Of a stretch of 64,000 nt of DNA, positions 45,606 to 54,856 are shown one piece after another. Location: NCBI GenBank assembly GCA_030681595.1, contig JAUXSB010000003.1, positions 223,207-287,206 on the forward strand, written 5' to 3'. The first letter of the stretch is position 1. Each line of letters starts with the position of its first letter. The notes under the pieces are model-generated. The model was not told the DNA's origin and ran no database searches. It worked only from the letters and a program-made list of their open reading frames with translations. Both the position numbers and the translations under genes were made by a program. Origin of the DNA: Candidatus Omnitrophota bacterium. Its GTDB lineage: Bacteria > Omnitrophota > Gorgyraeia > Ghiorseimicrobiales > Ghiorseimicrobiaceae.

Positions 45606-47368
45606 TTGATAAGCCTCTCTAATTCTTCTTTTTTGGGTGTTTTTACTACGCTGAACACTTCCTGATTCTCAATCAAAAACGTCCCGGACGACCTGATTTT
45701 AAGTTCAGAACTTAAACTTATATTTTCCAAGAGCATTTTCTTCCCCGCGGGAGAGAAAATGCACTGCTTTACGGAGTTAACATTTATACCACAGGAATCC
45801 ATACAATAATCCCACCATGTACTCTGGATATTTTTACTACGACAGGAAAAATAGTCCCACCACTTATCCGGATAATTGTTCAGAACACAGGCACTTCTTG
45901 AGTCCTCCTCAAGTTCCGGCAGGCCGTTGGGAGTAATTATTCTATCGCCGTCTATAAGGCCTAAGAAGTGAATCTTAAATTTCAGCTTTTCTTTATCCTT
46001 TAAGAAATCTTTCATCATTTCTAAAAGCGGCTGGGCATTTGCGTCATAGAGGCTGATAAATAAATCCAGGCTGCCTTTGGTCCTTTGCCGGCCTACAAAG
46101 AAAGAAACACCTAACACAGAAGGATCAAGCAGGTATTTATCCCCCTTGACCATTAATACTTTACTGAAATTTGTAAAAGCCGGGCTCTTTTCCACGTCCC
46201 TGCTAAAAATATATGCCGGCAGCATATCAATGCCGAATTTTTTAACTAAATCCGCGCCTTCTTTGGTTTCGTAATCTAAATAGGAAATTTTAAGATTGGC
46301 AAATGTCTGCCCAAGATCTTCAATCCCTTTTGCCACATCGCAGCTGGCGCAGATCTTAGGCTTGATAACAAGAAGCGAAACGGGTTCCGGCTTCTTAAAA
46401 ACACATTTGGCAAAAAGCGTGGCCGGCTTCTCACAAGTCCCTATAAGCGATTTCTGGCGGCAGTTTTTGTCGGAAAAACATTTGGGTAAAATAGCGGAGA
46501 TTTGCGGGTCATCTTTTATTTCCTTGTCGATATTTATATCTTTTATAGTGTGCTTTATAACTTTACCGTTTTCTATTTCTAAATCTACCCTTCCCAGCTT
46601 CCTGCCCTGCCAGGCCGGCCGCAGTATTATCGTATCCTTAACCTTGATTTCCGGGTTAGGGTTATTTGCCAGGCGATGGCCGCAGACTAAAATATCGATC
46701 CCGGGTACACGGTTAATTAAACTTAAATCCTGTTCTTCGCCTAAGTGGCTTAAAACTACAATTATAGCCGCGCCCTCGGCGCGCAGGTTTTTAATACCTT
46801 TTTCCAAAGCTTCTTCCGGGCCAATATATTTTATATTTTCAAGTTTATTTTTTACATCCGGCGTACTCAAAGCCAATATGCCGATTTTAATTCCGCCAAC
46901 TTGTTTTAAAAGAGCGGGCTGCAGGTAATCGTCTTCTATGTTAGAAGAAATAAAGGAAAGGGTTTTTTCTTTCGCCGCGCTTTTTAAAAAATCATCTCCG
47001 AAATTAAACTCTTCATCACCGATAGCAATGGCATCGTACCCCATTATTTTCATCGCCTCTAAATTTATCAGGGTCCTTTTTTTATCTAAATCCACGTTTT
47101 GGGAATATTCATCCAATAGCCCGCCGGCAAATACGCCGCCTGAATCCAGGAGCAAAACATTGGGAGTTTCTTTACGTATCTGTTTAATTTTGGTAGAACG
47201 CGCGGACACTCCCCCGTCAAGGCCCAAAGGGCAATCACAAGAATAAAGCATGGAATGGGTCTCTCCCGTATAAAGGATAGTTATTTTCTTTACATCAGCC
47301 GCTGCAATAGAAACTACCCAAAAAACCGGGATAAAAACAAATAAAACAAATCTTATTTTTTTCATCAT
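45602..47368 (-). CDS. Secreted two-domain protein: a degenerate 5'-nucleotidase/metallophosphatase-like N-terminal domain plus a thioredoxin-like CxxC and Cys/Trp-rich C-terminal domain.
   Basis: 588-aa protein with a signal peptide. 5'-NT-like blocks are present, but the canonical metal ligands are replaced (GETH for DxH, IGDEEFNFG for GNHEFD, LSHLG, CGHRL). A CASC motif and several WWDY...C repeats follow. Confidence 0.4.
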   Translation of the reverse strand: MMKKIRFVLFVFIPVFWVVSIAAADVKKITILYTGETHSMLYSCDCPLGLDGGVSARSTKIKQIRKETPNVLLLDSGGVFAGGLLDEYSQNVDLDKKRTLINLEAMKIMGYDAIAIGDEEFNFGDDFLKSAAKEKTLSFISSNIEDDYLQPALLKQVGGIKIGILALSTPDVKNKLENIKYIGPEEALEKGIKNLRAEGAAIIVVLSHLGEEQDLSLINRVPGIDILVCGHRLANNPNPEIKVKDTIILRPAWQGRKLGRVDLEIENGKVIKHTIKDINIDKEIKDDPQISAILPKCFSDKNCRQKSLIGTCEKPATLFAKCVFKKPEPVSLLVIKPKICASCDVAKGIEDLGQTFANLKISYLDYETKEGADLVKKFGIDMLPAYIFSRDVEKSPAFTNFSKVLMVKGDKYLLDPSVLGVSFFVGRQRTKGSLDLFISLYDANAQPLLEMMKDFLKDKEKLKFKIHFLGLIDGDRIITPNGLPELEEDSRSACVLNNYPDKWWDYFSCRSKNIQSTWWDYCMDSCGINVNSVKQCIFSPAGKKMLLENISLSSELKIRSSGTFLIENQEVFSVVKTPKKEELERLIK

Positions 47369-48537
47369 GACCTCGCGATTAATAGAACCACCCCCAACCC
47401 AAAAAATAAAACTGCCGTAATCAATTTTACCGCCGACAGGTGCCTGCGGGCAGCCTTTTCAAAATGAATTGATGTCAGTCCAAAAAATGCCAACACAAAT
47501 ACCGCTACTAAAGGAAGGATAAACATCAGGTTATAAAGCAAAAGATAAGCCATTGCCTTTATCCTTAAATCCGGAACTTTTAAAATATACGCTATTGTGG
47601 GCAAATATAGCTGTCCGGTACAAAATAACTCTAAAACTGAAACCAGGAATCCACAGGATATACTTGCGGCAATGAAGGCAAACAGCGGCTTATCTTTACC
47701 TTCTTTTCTTATCAGCTCCGCCCTTATTGTGCCCTGTATCTTTCTTTTAATCAAAACCGGAAGCTTTAAAATTATCCTATCCGCATCCTTTGTCTTATTA
47801 TAAATCCAAAAATCATACAAGCTGACTAAACCGACAGCAAAAGCAAATAGCGCGATAAGCCGATAAAATATCTGCGAGAAATAACTAAATACTTCAAGGC
47901 TCCTTAAAGCCTTGAATAATCCCGCGCCGATTAAGAGATAAGTTATATATACGACTATGATAAATAAGCTTCCTATAATAAGCATATCTCTTTTTCTGTA
48001 TCCGGCAAATGATAAAAAAGAAATAAAAAATACCATTACCGTAAAAGCGCATGGATTTACGCCGTCTATAAAACCCACTGATAAGACTGTCAAAGAGCCG
48101 AAACTTAAAAACCTTCTTATAAATGTTTCTTTTGTGGCTGCGATATCCGCGAAAACTTCTACTTTTATAACGGAATTTACGCTATCACTGGTATAGATAT
48201 ATAGCGGCTTTGAAATTTTTCCTTCAAAACCCGTGGTATTAAAGTTAAATGTTACCTCTTGCCGTGCGCCTACGGCAAGCTCGACTTTGCTTTTAGGGCT
48301 AAGCACGGTAAAACAACTGCAGCTTAAGGTCTCAACACTTATCTTAACCGGTAAACTGCTGTGGTTTTCAACAAAGAAACTCTGGGTTAAGGCAGCGCCT
48401 TCCCCTACCTTGCCTAAATCTAACCTGTTATCTTCTAAGGTGGTGGTGATATTTTCCGCAAAAACAAAAGAAAAACTACAGAGAACAAAAAGAATAAAAC
48501 TATAAACTATAAACTGTAAACTGTAAACTTTTTTCAC
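47365..48537 (-). CDS. DUF1573-domain / DsbD-CcdA-family thiol:disulfide interchange membrane protein.
   Basis: 390-aa protein with a signal peptide, a periplasmic beta-rich domain, then 6-8 TM helices with an NPCAF motif typical of CcdA/DsbD. Confidence 0.6.
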   Translation of the reverse strand: MKKVYSLQFIVYSFILFVLCSFSFVFAENITTTLEDNRLDLGKVGEGAALTQSFFVENHSSLPVKISVETLSCSCFTVLSPKSKVELAVGARQEVTFNFNTTGFEGKISKPLYIYTSDSVNSVIKVEVFADIAATKETFIRRFLSFGSLTVLSVGFIDGVNPCAFTVMVFFISFLSFAGYRKRDMLIIGSLFIIVVYITYLLIGAGLFKALRSLEVFSYFSQIFYRLIALFAFAVGLVSLYDFWIYNKTKDADRIILKLPVLIKRKIQGTIRAELIRKEGKDKPLFAFIAASISCGFLVSVLELFCTGQLYLPTIAYILKVPDLRIKAMAYLLLYNLMFILPLVAVFVLAFFGLTSIHFEKAARRHLSAVKLITAVLFFGLGVVLLIARS

Positions 48538-50117
48538 AATTTTATCATCTTTACCGCAGAGATATTCTCTATCTTTTTTATCTGGTTAAGCACGTCTGGC
48601 GAAGGCGCGCTGTCAATATTTAACACACTGATAGCCTTACCTCCGCGCACCTCTCTGCCAAAGGTCATCGCGGCAATATTAATATGCTGTTTACCTAAAA
48701 ACGTACCTAAGCTGCCGATTACCCCCGGCTTATCCAAATTATGTATTAGTAGCATCACTCCTTGGGGAGTTGCCTCAAGGTAGAAATCGTCCAGCTTTAC
48801 GATACGCAATTCTTTATTGGTAAACAAAGTCCCGCTCAAGCGGTGAATATCCTTATCGGTCTTTACTTCCACAGAGATTAAGTTGGTAAATTCTTCCGAT
48901 TGTTCAGACTTTGTTTCATTAAGTTTTACGCCTCTTTCTTTGGCTAAACTTAAGGCGTTCACGAAATTAACCGTATCCTGCAGTATCGGCGCAAGCAGGC
49001 CCTTTACTAAAGCTATTGTCAGGGGCACACAGTCAAGCTTGCTTATTTCTCCGGAGTATTCAACGGTAATATCCGAAAGCCTACCCTCAATAAGCTGCCC
49101 CACAAATAACCCAAGCTTCTCAGATAGGTTTATATAAGGCTTAAGAAGTTTACAGACTTCCGGCTCAAGGCAAGGATAATTTGCCGCGTTACGAATTCCT
49201 CCGCCTAAAAGCGCATCCCGGACCGCTTCGGCGATTTCAACGGCCACGTTTACCTGCGCTTCTTCGGTAGATGCCCCCAAATGTGGCGTAACCACTACAT
49301 TACTTAATTTTACTAATGCGGAATCTTTTGGCGGTTCATTTTCAAATACATCTAATGCCGCCCCTGCCACCTTTTTCGCCTCCAGGGCCTTAAGAAGCGC
49401 TGTTTCATCAACTATCCCGCCCCTAGCGCAATTAATAATACGCACGCCGTCTTTCATCATGGCAAACTCCTTATTCGAAATCATGTGTCTTGTCTCATCG
49501 GTTAAAGGGGTATGCACCGTAATATAATCCGCTTTCTTAAATAAATCCTTTAGTTCCATCAGCTCAATACTCAACTGTTCTGCCTTGCTGCGCGATAAAA
49601 ACGGGTCGCAGGCGACTATTTTCATTCCAAAGGAAAGCGCACGCTTAGCAACTTCGGTGCCTATACGGCCCAATCCGACAATACCAAGAGTCTTTCCGTA
49701 AACTTCTACTCCCATAAACTTAGAACGTTTCCATTCTCCGGATTTAGTAGAGCTGTCCGCTTGCGGAATATTACGCGATAACGCAAGGAGCATGCTTAGC
49801 GTATGTTCACAAGTAGATATCGTATTGCCTCCGGGCGTATTCATTACAATAATACCTTTAGCTGTTGCCGCCGCCAAATCTACGTTATCCAAGCCTACGC
49901 CGGCACGCCCGATAACTTTTAATTTATCGGCGGCGCTGATTATATCCTTGGTTACTTTTGTAGCGCTCCTTACAATAAGAGCATCATAATCTTTAATAAT
50001 TTCTTTTAACGCTTCCGGTTTAAGCTCTGGTTTCACATCTACCTGAAGCTCTTTTTCCGCTTTTAAAATTTTTAACCCTTCTTCGGATAACGGGTCGCTG
50101 ACTAAAATTTTTATCAT
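48534..50117 (-). CDS. serA: D-3-phosphoglycerate dehydrogenase.
   Basis: 527-aa protein with a 2-hydroxyacid dehydrogenase core (GLGRIG) and C-terminal ASB and ACT domains. Confidence 0.9.
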   Translation of the reverse strand: MIKILVSDPLSEEGLKILKAEKELQVDVKPELKPEALKEIIKDYDALIVRSATKVTKDIISAADKLKVIGRAGVGLDNVDLAAATAKGIIVMNTPGGNTISTCEHTLSMLLALSRNIPQADSSTKSGEWKRSKFMGVEVYGKTLGIVGLGRIGTEVAKRALSFGMKIVACDPFLSRSKAEQLSIELMELKDLFKKADYITVHTPLTDETRHMISNKEFAMMKDGVRIINCARGGIVDETALLKALEAKKVAGAALDVFENEPPKDSALVKLSNVVVTPHLGASTEEAQVNVAVEIAEAVRDALLGGGIRNAANYPCLEPEVCKLLKPYINLSEKLGLFVGQLIEGRLSDITVEYSGEISKLDCVPLTIALVKGLLAPILQDTVNFVNALSLAKERGVKLNETKSEQSEEFTNLISVEVKTDKDIHRLSGTLFTNKELRIVKLDDFYLEATPQGVMLLIHNLDKPGVIGSLGTFLGKQHINIAAMTFGREVRGGKAISVLNIDSAPSPDVLNQIKKIENISAVKMIKL

Positions 50118-50138
50118 GGATGACTCCTTTGCTGCAGT

Positions 50139-51281
50139 CTAAGCCTTGCGCGCAAACATTTCTTCCGCGGCTTTTACGCCTGCACCCAGCTCAAACTTAT
50201 GCCCCATCTGTTTTAAAACCTTTTCTAAACAGGATATCCCGATAATAACATCAAACTCTTCAATATAGCCCATATGGGCGACTCTTATGACCCTGCCCCT
50301 TAACTCAGCTTGCCCTCCGGCAATAGTTACACCATAGGTATCGCGCATTGTCTTAACTAATTTTTCTCCGTCTATCCCAGCAGGCACTTTTACCGCGGTA
50401 ACTACATCACTAGAAGCGCTTGGCGCGAACAACTCAAGGCCAAGAGCCTTCACTGCCGCGCGTGTGGCATCCGCCATCTTTTTATGCCTTAAGAAAATTT
50501 TCTCTAGCCCGTCTTCTTTAACCATCTTAAGCGCTTCGCTTAAAGCAACAATCAGGGTAATCGCCGGGGTAAATGGCGTATCGGTTTGAGCCCATGCTTT
50601 CTTAGCCGCTTTTAAACTAAAATAATATTTAGGGCACTTCGAGCTTTCGCTTAATTTTTCGGCCTTGGGGCTTAGAGAGATAAAACCCAAGCCAGGCGGA
50701 AGCATTAAACCTTTCTGCGAGCCAGAAACCACAATATCGCAAAACCAAGCATCAGTCTTTAAATCGATCGCGCCCAACCCGCTGATAGCATCTACCACCA
50801 ATACCGCCTCTGTATCTTTTACCACTTTGCCGATTGCTTCAATATCATTGACTACGCCTGTAGAAGTCTCGCATAAAGTAGTAAATACAGCTTTAATTTT
50901 TGGGTTTGCCTTTAGCCTTTTTTGTATTTCCGAAGGGTCAACAGCCTTTCCCCATTCCACATCAATAACTTCGGCGTTAATACAATAACTCTTACAGATC
51001 TCGGTCCACCGCTCTCCGAATTTACCGCCCTGGATAACTAAAACTGTATCGCCGGGCGAAAGTAAATTTACTACTGCTGCCTCCATAGCCCCTGTCCCGG
51101 ACGAGGCAAGGGTATAGACATCGTTTTTTGTTTGAAACACATACTTTAATCCTTCAGTAGCTTCTTTTAGGATTACCTGAAACTGCGGCGTCCTATGATG
51201 GACTATCGGACGAGCCATCGCAAGGCAAACTTCTGGCGGAAGCGGCGTTGGGCCGGGAGTCAATAGATAATTCTTACGCAT
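50139..51281 (-). CDS. Class V aminotransferase (archaeal-type phosphoserine / serine-pyruvate aminotransferase).
   Basis: 380-aa class V PLP fold protein (SGSQKGLMLPPGLG), adjacent to serA. Confidence 0.8.
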   Translation of the reverse strand: MRKNYLLTPGPTPLPPEVCLAMARPIVHHRTPQFQVILKEATEGLKYVFQTKNDVYTLASSGTGAMEAAVVNLLSPGDTVLVIQGGKFGERWTEICKSYCINAEVIDVEWGKAVDPSEIQKRLKANPKIKAVFTTLCETSTGVVNDIEAIGKVVKDTEAVLVVDAISGLGAIDLKTDAWFCDIVVSGSQKGLMLPPGLGFISLSPKAEKLSESSKCPKYYFSLKAAKKAWAQTDTPFTPAITLIVALSEALKMVKEDGLEKIFLRHKKMADATRAAVKALGLELFAPSASSDVVTAVKVPAGIDGEKLVKTMRDTYGVTIAGGQAELRGRVIRVAHMGYIEEFDVIIGISCLEKVLKQMGHKFELGAGVKAAEEMFARKA

Positions 51282-51489
51282 AGAGCCTCCTCAAATGAAC
51301 AGACAATTTATGGAACACGGAGTGCGAGATAAATTGTAGGACGAAGTCCGTCTGTGAATTTGGCCCAGCACTAATTTATTCAAATACCAACTAAAATTTC
51401 TCAATCCAGCCAGCTCGGAAAATTAGTGCTGGGTAAATTCGGCCATACAACTTATGTCGCTCTACAAGCTCCCTAAGTTGTGGCTTTAC
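51282..51489 (-). promoter_or_regulatory. L1 leader-family element upstream of the class V aminotransferase.
   Basis: The same box (ACTTATGTCGCTCTACAAGCTCCCTAAGTT), hairpin CCCAGCACTAATT...AATTAGTGCTGGG, GGCCAAATTCAC, a second hairpin (ACAGAC...GTCTGT) and the TCATTTGAGGAGG RBS. Confidence 0.5.
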
Positions 51490-52128
51490 TTATTTCGTTG
51501 TAACAATCACTTCATCAATTATGCCGTATTTTTTCGCCTCTTCAGACGACATAAAATAATCGCGGTCAGAGTCTTTTTTTACTTTCTCGACAGATTGTCC
51601 TGTATGTTTGGCTAAAACCTGCTCTATCTTTTCTCTTAGGCGCAATATTTCATTTGCCTGGATAGAAATATCTGCCGCCGCACCCTGCACGCCTCCCCAA
51701 GGCTGATGTATCATAATCCGCGAATTAGGAAGCGCAAAACGTTTACCCTTTGTGCCGGCAGATAACAAAACCGCGCCCATACTTGCGGCCTGCCCCACAC
51801 AATATGTGCATACAACAGGTTTTACAAACTGTATAGTATCATAAATTGCAAGCCCTGCGGTGACAGAACCGCCCGGAGAATTAATGTAAACATTAATTTC
51901 CTTGTTTACATCCTCCATTTGCAGAAAAAGCATCTGGGCGATAACCAAATTTGCTACATTGTCATCTATGGGAGTGCCGATAAAAATAATCCGGTCCTTA
52001 AGCAAGCGGGAGTAGATATCATATGCCCGCTCAAACCCCCTGCTTGTCTGCTCTATAACCATGGGAACCAAAACCTGGCCAACTTCTGGCTCGCGCCTTT
52101 GAGAACTTGTATACATACTTACCCCCAT
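51490..52128 (-). CDS. clpP: ATP-dependent Clp protease proteolytic subunit.
   Basis: 212-aa protein with the ClpP Ser-His-Asp catalytic triad context (GQAASMGA). Confidence 0.95.
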   Translation of the reverse strand: MGVSMYTSSQRREPEVGQVLVPMVIEQTSRGFERAYDIYSRLLKDRIIFIGTPIDDNVANLVIAQMLFLQMEDVNKEINVYINSPGGSVTAGLAIYDTIQFVKPVVCTYCVGQAASMGAVLLSAGTKGKRFALPNSRIMIHQPWGGVQGAAADISIQANEILRLREKIEQVLAKHTGQSVEKVKKDSDRDYFMSSEEAKKYGIIDEVIVTTK

Positions 52129-52201
52129 TCTAGCGTTTAGCGGTTAGCGTATAGGGTATAGGAAAAATATAAACTAAACGCTATTCGCTATACGCTCTAC
52201 G
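52129..52201 (-). promoter_or_regulatory. L5 leader upstream of clpP.
   Basis: Sense: AATTAGCGTAGAGCGTATAGCGAATAGCG...CTATACGCTAACCGCTAAACGCTAGAATGGGGGTAAGT-ATG. It shares the AATTAGCGTAGAGCGTATAGCG box with the purA leader. Confidence 0.45.
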
Positions 52202-53080
52202 CTAATTTTCTGTCCACTCCGCCTCCCTTAAAAGGAACTCCATTACTTTTGCGGTGTTGTGTTTTTCGTCTAATTTTATGTTTTCTAATTCAGAAACTTT
52301 GTCCAAAATAAAATAAATTTTTAGGTCCTTTATCGCTACTTCACGCAGGCTTCCTTCAACTTCTTTCTTTTTTTCTTCGATTTTTTCCTTAGGCATCCCC
52401 TGCTGCATCAGGCGGTATTCCAAAACATGCAGCCTCTCTTTAAGCTCGCGCTCAATAACAGATACCGGCAACTCGATTTCAGAATTGCCGATAAGAAAGT
52501 CAACTACCTGTACCTCGTGTTTGTTGCGCGCATTTTCCGAAACAGCAAGAAATAATTGGTTCCTGACAATCTCGTGCAGATTAGCTAGTGACGGATAACC
52601 CAAGCTTTTTGCGAGGTTATCATCAATTGCCTCAGCTTTTTTTTCTTTCTTTATGCTTTCCAAGGCTTCCTTAATTTTATCATCGGTTATTTCTACCGGT
52701 TCCCTTTTTATTTTTATGGCTTTATATTTTTTAATCTTTACCTCGGGTTTTACCTCCACTATCGCTTTAAAAGAAAAACTATCCGCTTTTAAATTGACTT
52801 CGCTTATCTGGGGATGGTCAATGACAAAGATGTTTTCCTGTTTGACAGCCTGTTCATATAAGCCTTCTACCAGATATTGGCTCACCAAAGACCTTGCGGT
52901 ATCATGAAATCTCTTTTCTAGTATATCGCGCGGTATTTTTCCCGGCCTAAATCCGGGAACCTTGGATTCCTCATTTATCTGTTTATAAACATCTTCGAAT
53001 TTACGGGCAACTTCGTCCTTGCCCACCCCAACGCTCAATTCCACTTTTGACTTAGCGATTTTTTTTACTGTAACATTCAC
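52202..53080 (-). CDS. tig: Trigger factor (short form, no recognisable FKBP PPIase domain).
   Basis: 292-aa protein with a GTG start. The N-terminal ribosome-binding domain (GFRPGK signature) and the C-terminal arm domain are present. A G9 tract lies immediately upstream of the start. Confidence 0.8.
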   Translation of the reverse strand: MNVTVKKIAKSKVELSVGVGKDEVARKFEDVYKQINEESKVPGFRPGKIPRDILEKRFHDTARSLVSQYLVEGLYEQAVKQENIFVIDHPQISEVNLKADSFSFKAIVEVKPEVKIKKYKAIKIKREPVEITDDKIKEALESIKKEKKAEAIDDNLAKSLGYPSLANLHEIVRNQLFLAVSENARNKHEVQVVDFLIGNSEIELPVSVIERELKERLHVLEYRLMQQGMPKEKIEEKKKEVEGSLREVAIKDLKIYFILDKVSELENIKLDEKHNTAKVMEFLLREAEWTEN

Positions 53081-53266
53081 TTTTAATACCCCCCCCCGAT
53101 GTCAATACAAGTTATATTTTTTAACTCCGCTGGTTAAACACTACGTCTTTAGAGGTATAATTTTACAGGTAATCCCGACTCCTTGCTTAAACAAGCTAAA
53201 ATTATCGTAGAGAATTTTAGCTTAAGCTTCGGAGTGAATTTGTTCCGATTTCTCATCAGGGCAAAT

Positions 53267-53989
53267 TCACATCCTGAACTTCTCCCCTAAATAAACTTCT
53301 TTTGCCCGCGGGTTATTAATTAAATCTTCCGCGGTTCCTGAAATAAGAATACGTCCCTCGGCAATTAAATAAGCCCTGTCGGTTATAGAGAGTGTTTCCC
53401 GAACATTATGATCCGTTAATAATACGCCCATGCCTTTTCTTTTTAGTTCTTTTATAATCTGCTGCGCTTCATTGACTACTATCGGGTCTATGCCGGAAAA
53501 TGGCTCATCCAAAAGGATAAATGAAGGATTAGTAACCAAAGCCCTGGTTATCTCTAACCTCCTGCGCTCGCCGCCCGACAACATGTAAGCCTTTTTCTTA
53601 GCTAGATGAGCAATATTTAACTCATTTAAGAGACTTTTTAATCTAACCTTTCTTTCCCTTGGAGAAAGTTTAAGCGTCTCTAAAATACTCATTATGTTTT
53701 CTTCAACTGTCAACCTCCTGAATATCGACGCCTCCTGCGCAAGATAGCCTATGCCAAAACGAGAGCGCTTATGTATAGGACATTTGGTAATATCTTCCTG
53801 GTCAAAAATAATCTTCCCCTTATCGGGCGCGATTAACCCCACTATCATATAAAAGGTAGTGGTCTTGCCCGCCCCGTTAGGTCCAAGTAAACCTACTATC
53901 TCGGCACGCTTAACTGCGATATCAACGCCGTTTACCACCCGGTGGCCGCCATAGGACTTAACAAGCCCTTTAGTTTCCAAAAGATGCAT
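53267..53989 (-). CDS. lptB: LPS export ABC transporter ATP-binding protein LptB.
   Basis: 240-aa protein with Walker A (GPNGAGKTT), ABC signature (LSGGERRR) and Walker B motifs. Confidence 0.9.
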   Translation of the reverse strand: MHLLETKGLVKSYGGHRVVNGVDIAVKRAEIVGLLGPNGAGKTTTFYMIVGLIAPDKGKIIFDQEDITKCPIHKRSRFGIGYLAQEASIFRRLTVEENIMSILETLKLSPRERKVRLKSLLNELNIAHLAKKKAYMLSGGERRRLEITRALVTNPSFILLDEPFSGIDPIVVNEAQQIIKELKRKGMGVLLTDHNVRETLSITDRAYLIAEGRILISGTAEDLINNPRAKEVYLGEKFRM

Positions 53990-54845
53990 TGATGCCCTCC
54001 GAAGAATAAATCACCAGGCGAGGCCTTCCGGTAAGCACTACTTTTTTATCTTTTGCGGTATAGACCGCTTCCTCGCTATAAGTAGTATTCTCTCCATTTA
54101 TTATTTTTACATGACCCACCGATTCCACCTTTTCAATTGACTTGCCTTTAATATCAAACGATACGGTCATTTTATCCGCATACATTTCTTCCTGTGCATG
54201 CACAACCTTAACATTTTTGTTAAAAACAGCGACTTGCTTTTCGTAGTCGACATTTAACGACCCGTCGCAAGTAATAGTAATCGGCTCTTGCGCTTCTTTC
54301 TTCGGTTGGCCGGAATTTTCTTGTGGAGCAAAAGAAAAATTGGCATCTTTAATATCTACTTTTACATCTTCATTAAGTTTTACTTTTTTTAAGTTCGGCT
54401 CTGCCTCAATGCCGCGGCCTACTGCTTTTAAATTATCCTTTGTGATATCCACGTTATCTTTACTGCTTACCCGTTGAATGTCCTGCTGCCAGTCCAGCGA
54501 ATCAGTAACCAGCTTGGCCCCACTGTCAGAGGTCACCACCACATTATCTTTTAGGTGGACTTTACCGTTAGCTTTATCGTAAACTCCAGAATCGGCAACA
54601 AGGTTGACGTTATCCTGCTCGCCGTAAACCCTGGCTTTTATATCGTTAAGTTTTACCGTATCAGAAAAGATATCCGCGGAATTACCCTTTACTTCCCATG
54701 TTTTCTTGCCTTGTTCGCCAAAACCGGATAGCTCAAAATCAAGGATCTGCTGATTAGAGCTATCCGTGTTCGGCCCTATCGCTTCTTCGGCAGATAAGTT
54801 AAACGCAACAAAAAAACCTAAAATTAAAAATAAGGATATCCTCAT
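53970..54845 (-). CDS. LptA/OstA-like periplasmic protein.
   Basis: 291-aa protein with a signal peptide and an OstA-like beta-jellyroll repeat region. It overlaps lptB. Confidence 0.6.
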   Translation of the reverse strand: MRISLFLILGFFVAFNLSAEEAIGPNTDSSNQQILDFELSGFGEQGKKTWEVKGNSADIFSDTVKLNDIKARVYGEQDNVNLVADSGVYDKANGKVHLKDNVVVTSDSGAKLVTDSLDWQQDIQRVSSKDNVDITKDNLKAVGRGIEAEPNLKKVKLNEDVKVDIKDANFSFAPQENSGQPKKEAQEPITITCDGSLNVDYEKQVAVFNKNVKVVHAQEEMYADKMTVSFDIKGKSIEKVESVGHVKIINGENTTYSEEAVYTAKDKKVVLTGRPRLVIYSSEGINASFGN

Positions 54846-54856
54846 TATTACGCAGC

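Noticed and set aside
53081-53100. TTGACA immediately upstream of the tig start as a -35 box.
   Set aside because: It lies only about 25 nt from the start codon, with an 11-nt spacer to a weak TATTAA. The geometry is incompatible with a sigma70 promoter.
53234-53270. CUGAUGAG...GAAA inside the hairpin at the lptB stop resembles the hammerhead ribozyme core.
   Set aside because: There is no stem II between CUGAUGA and GAAA and no cleavage-site triplet context. It is a simple 9-bp inverted repeat (GTGAATTTG/CAAATTCAC) whose loop happens to contain the motif.
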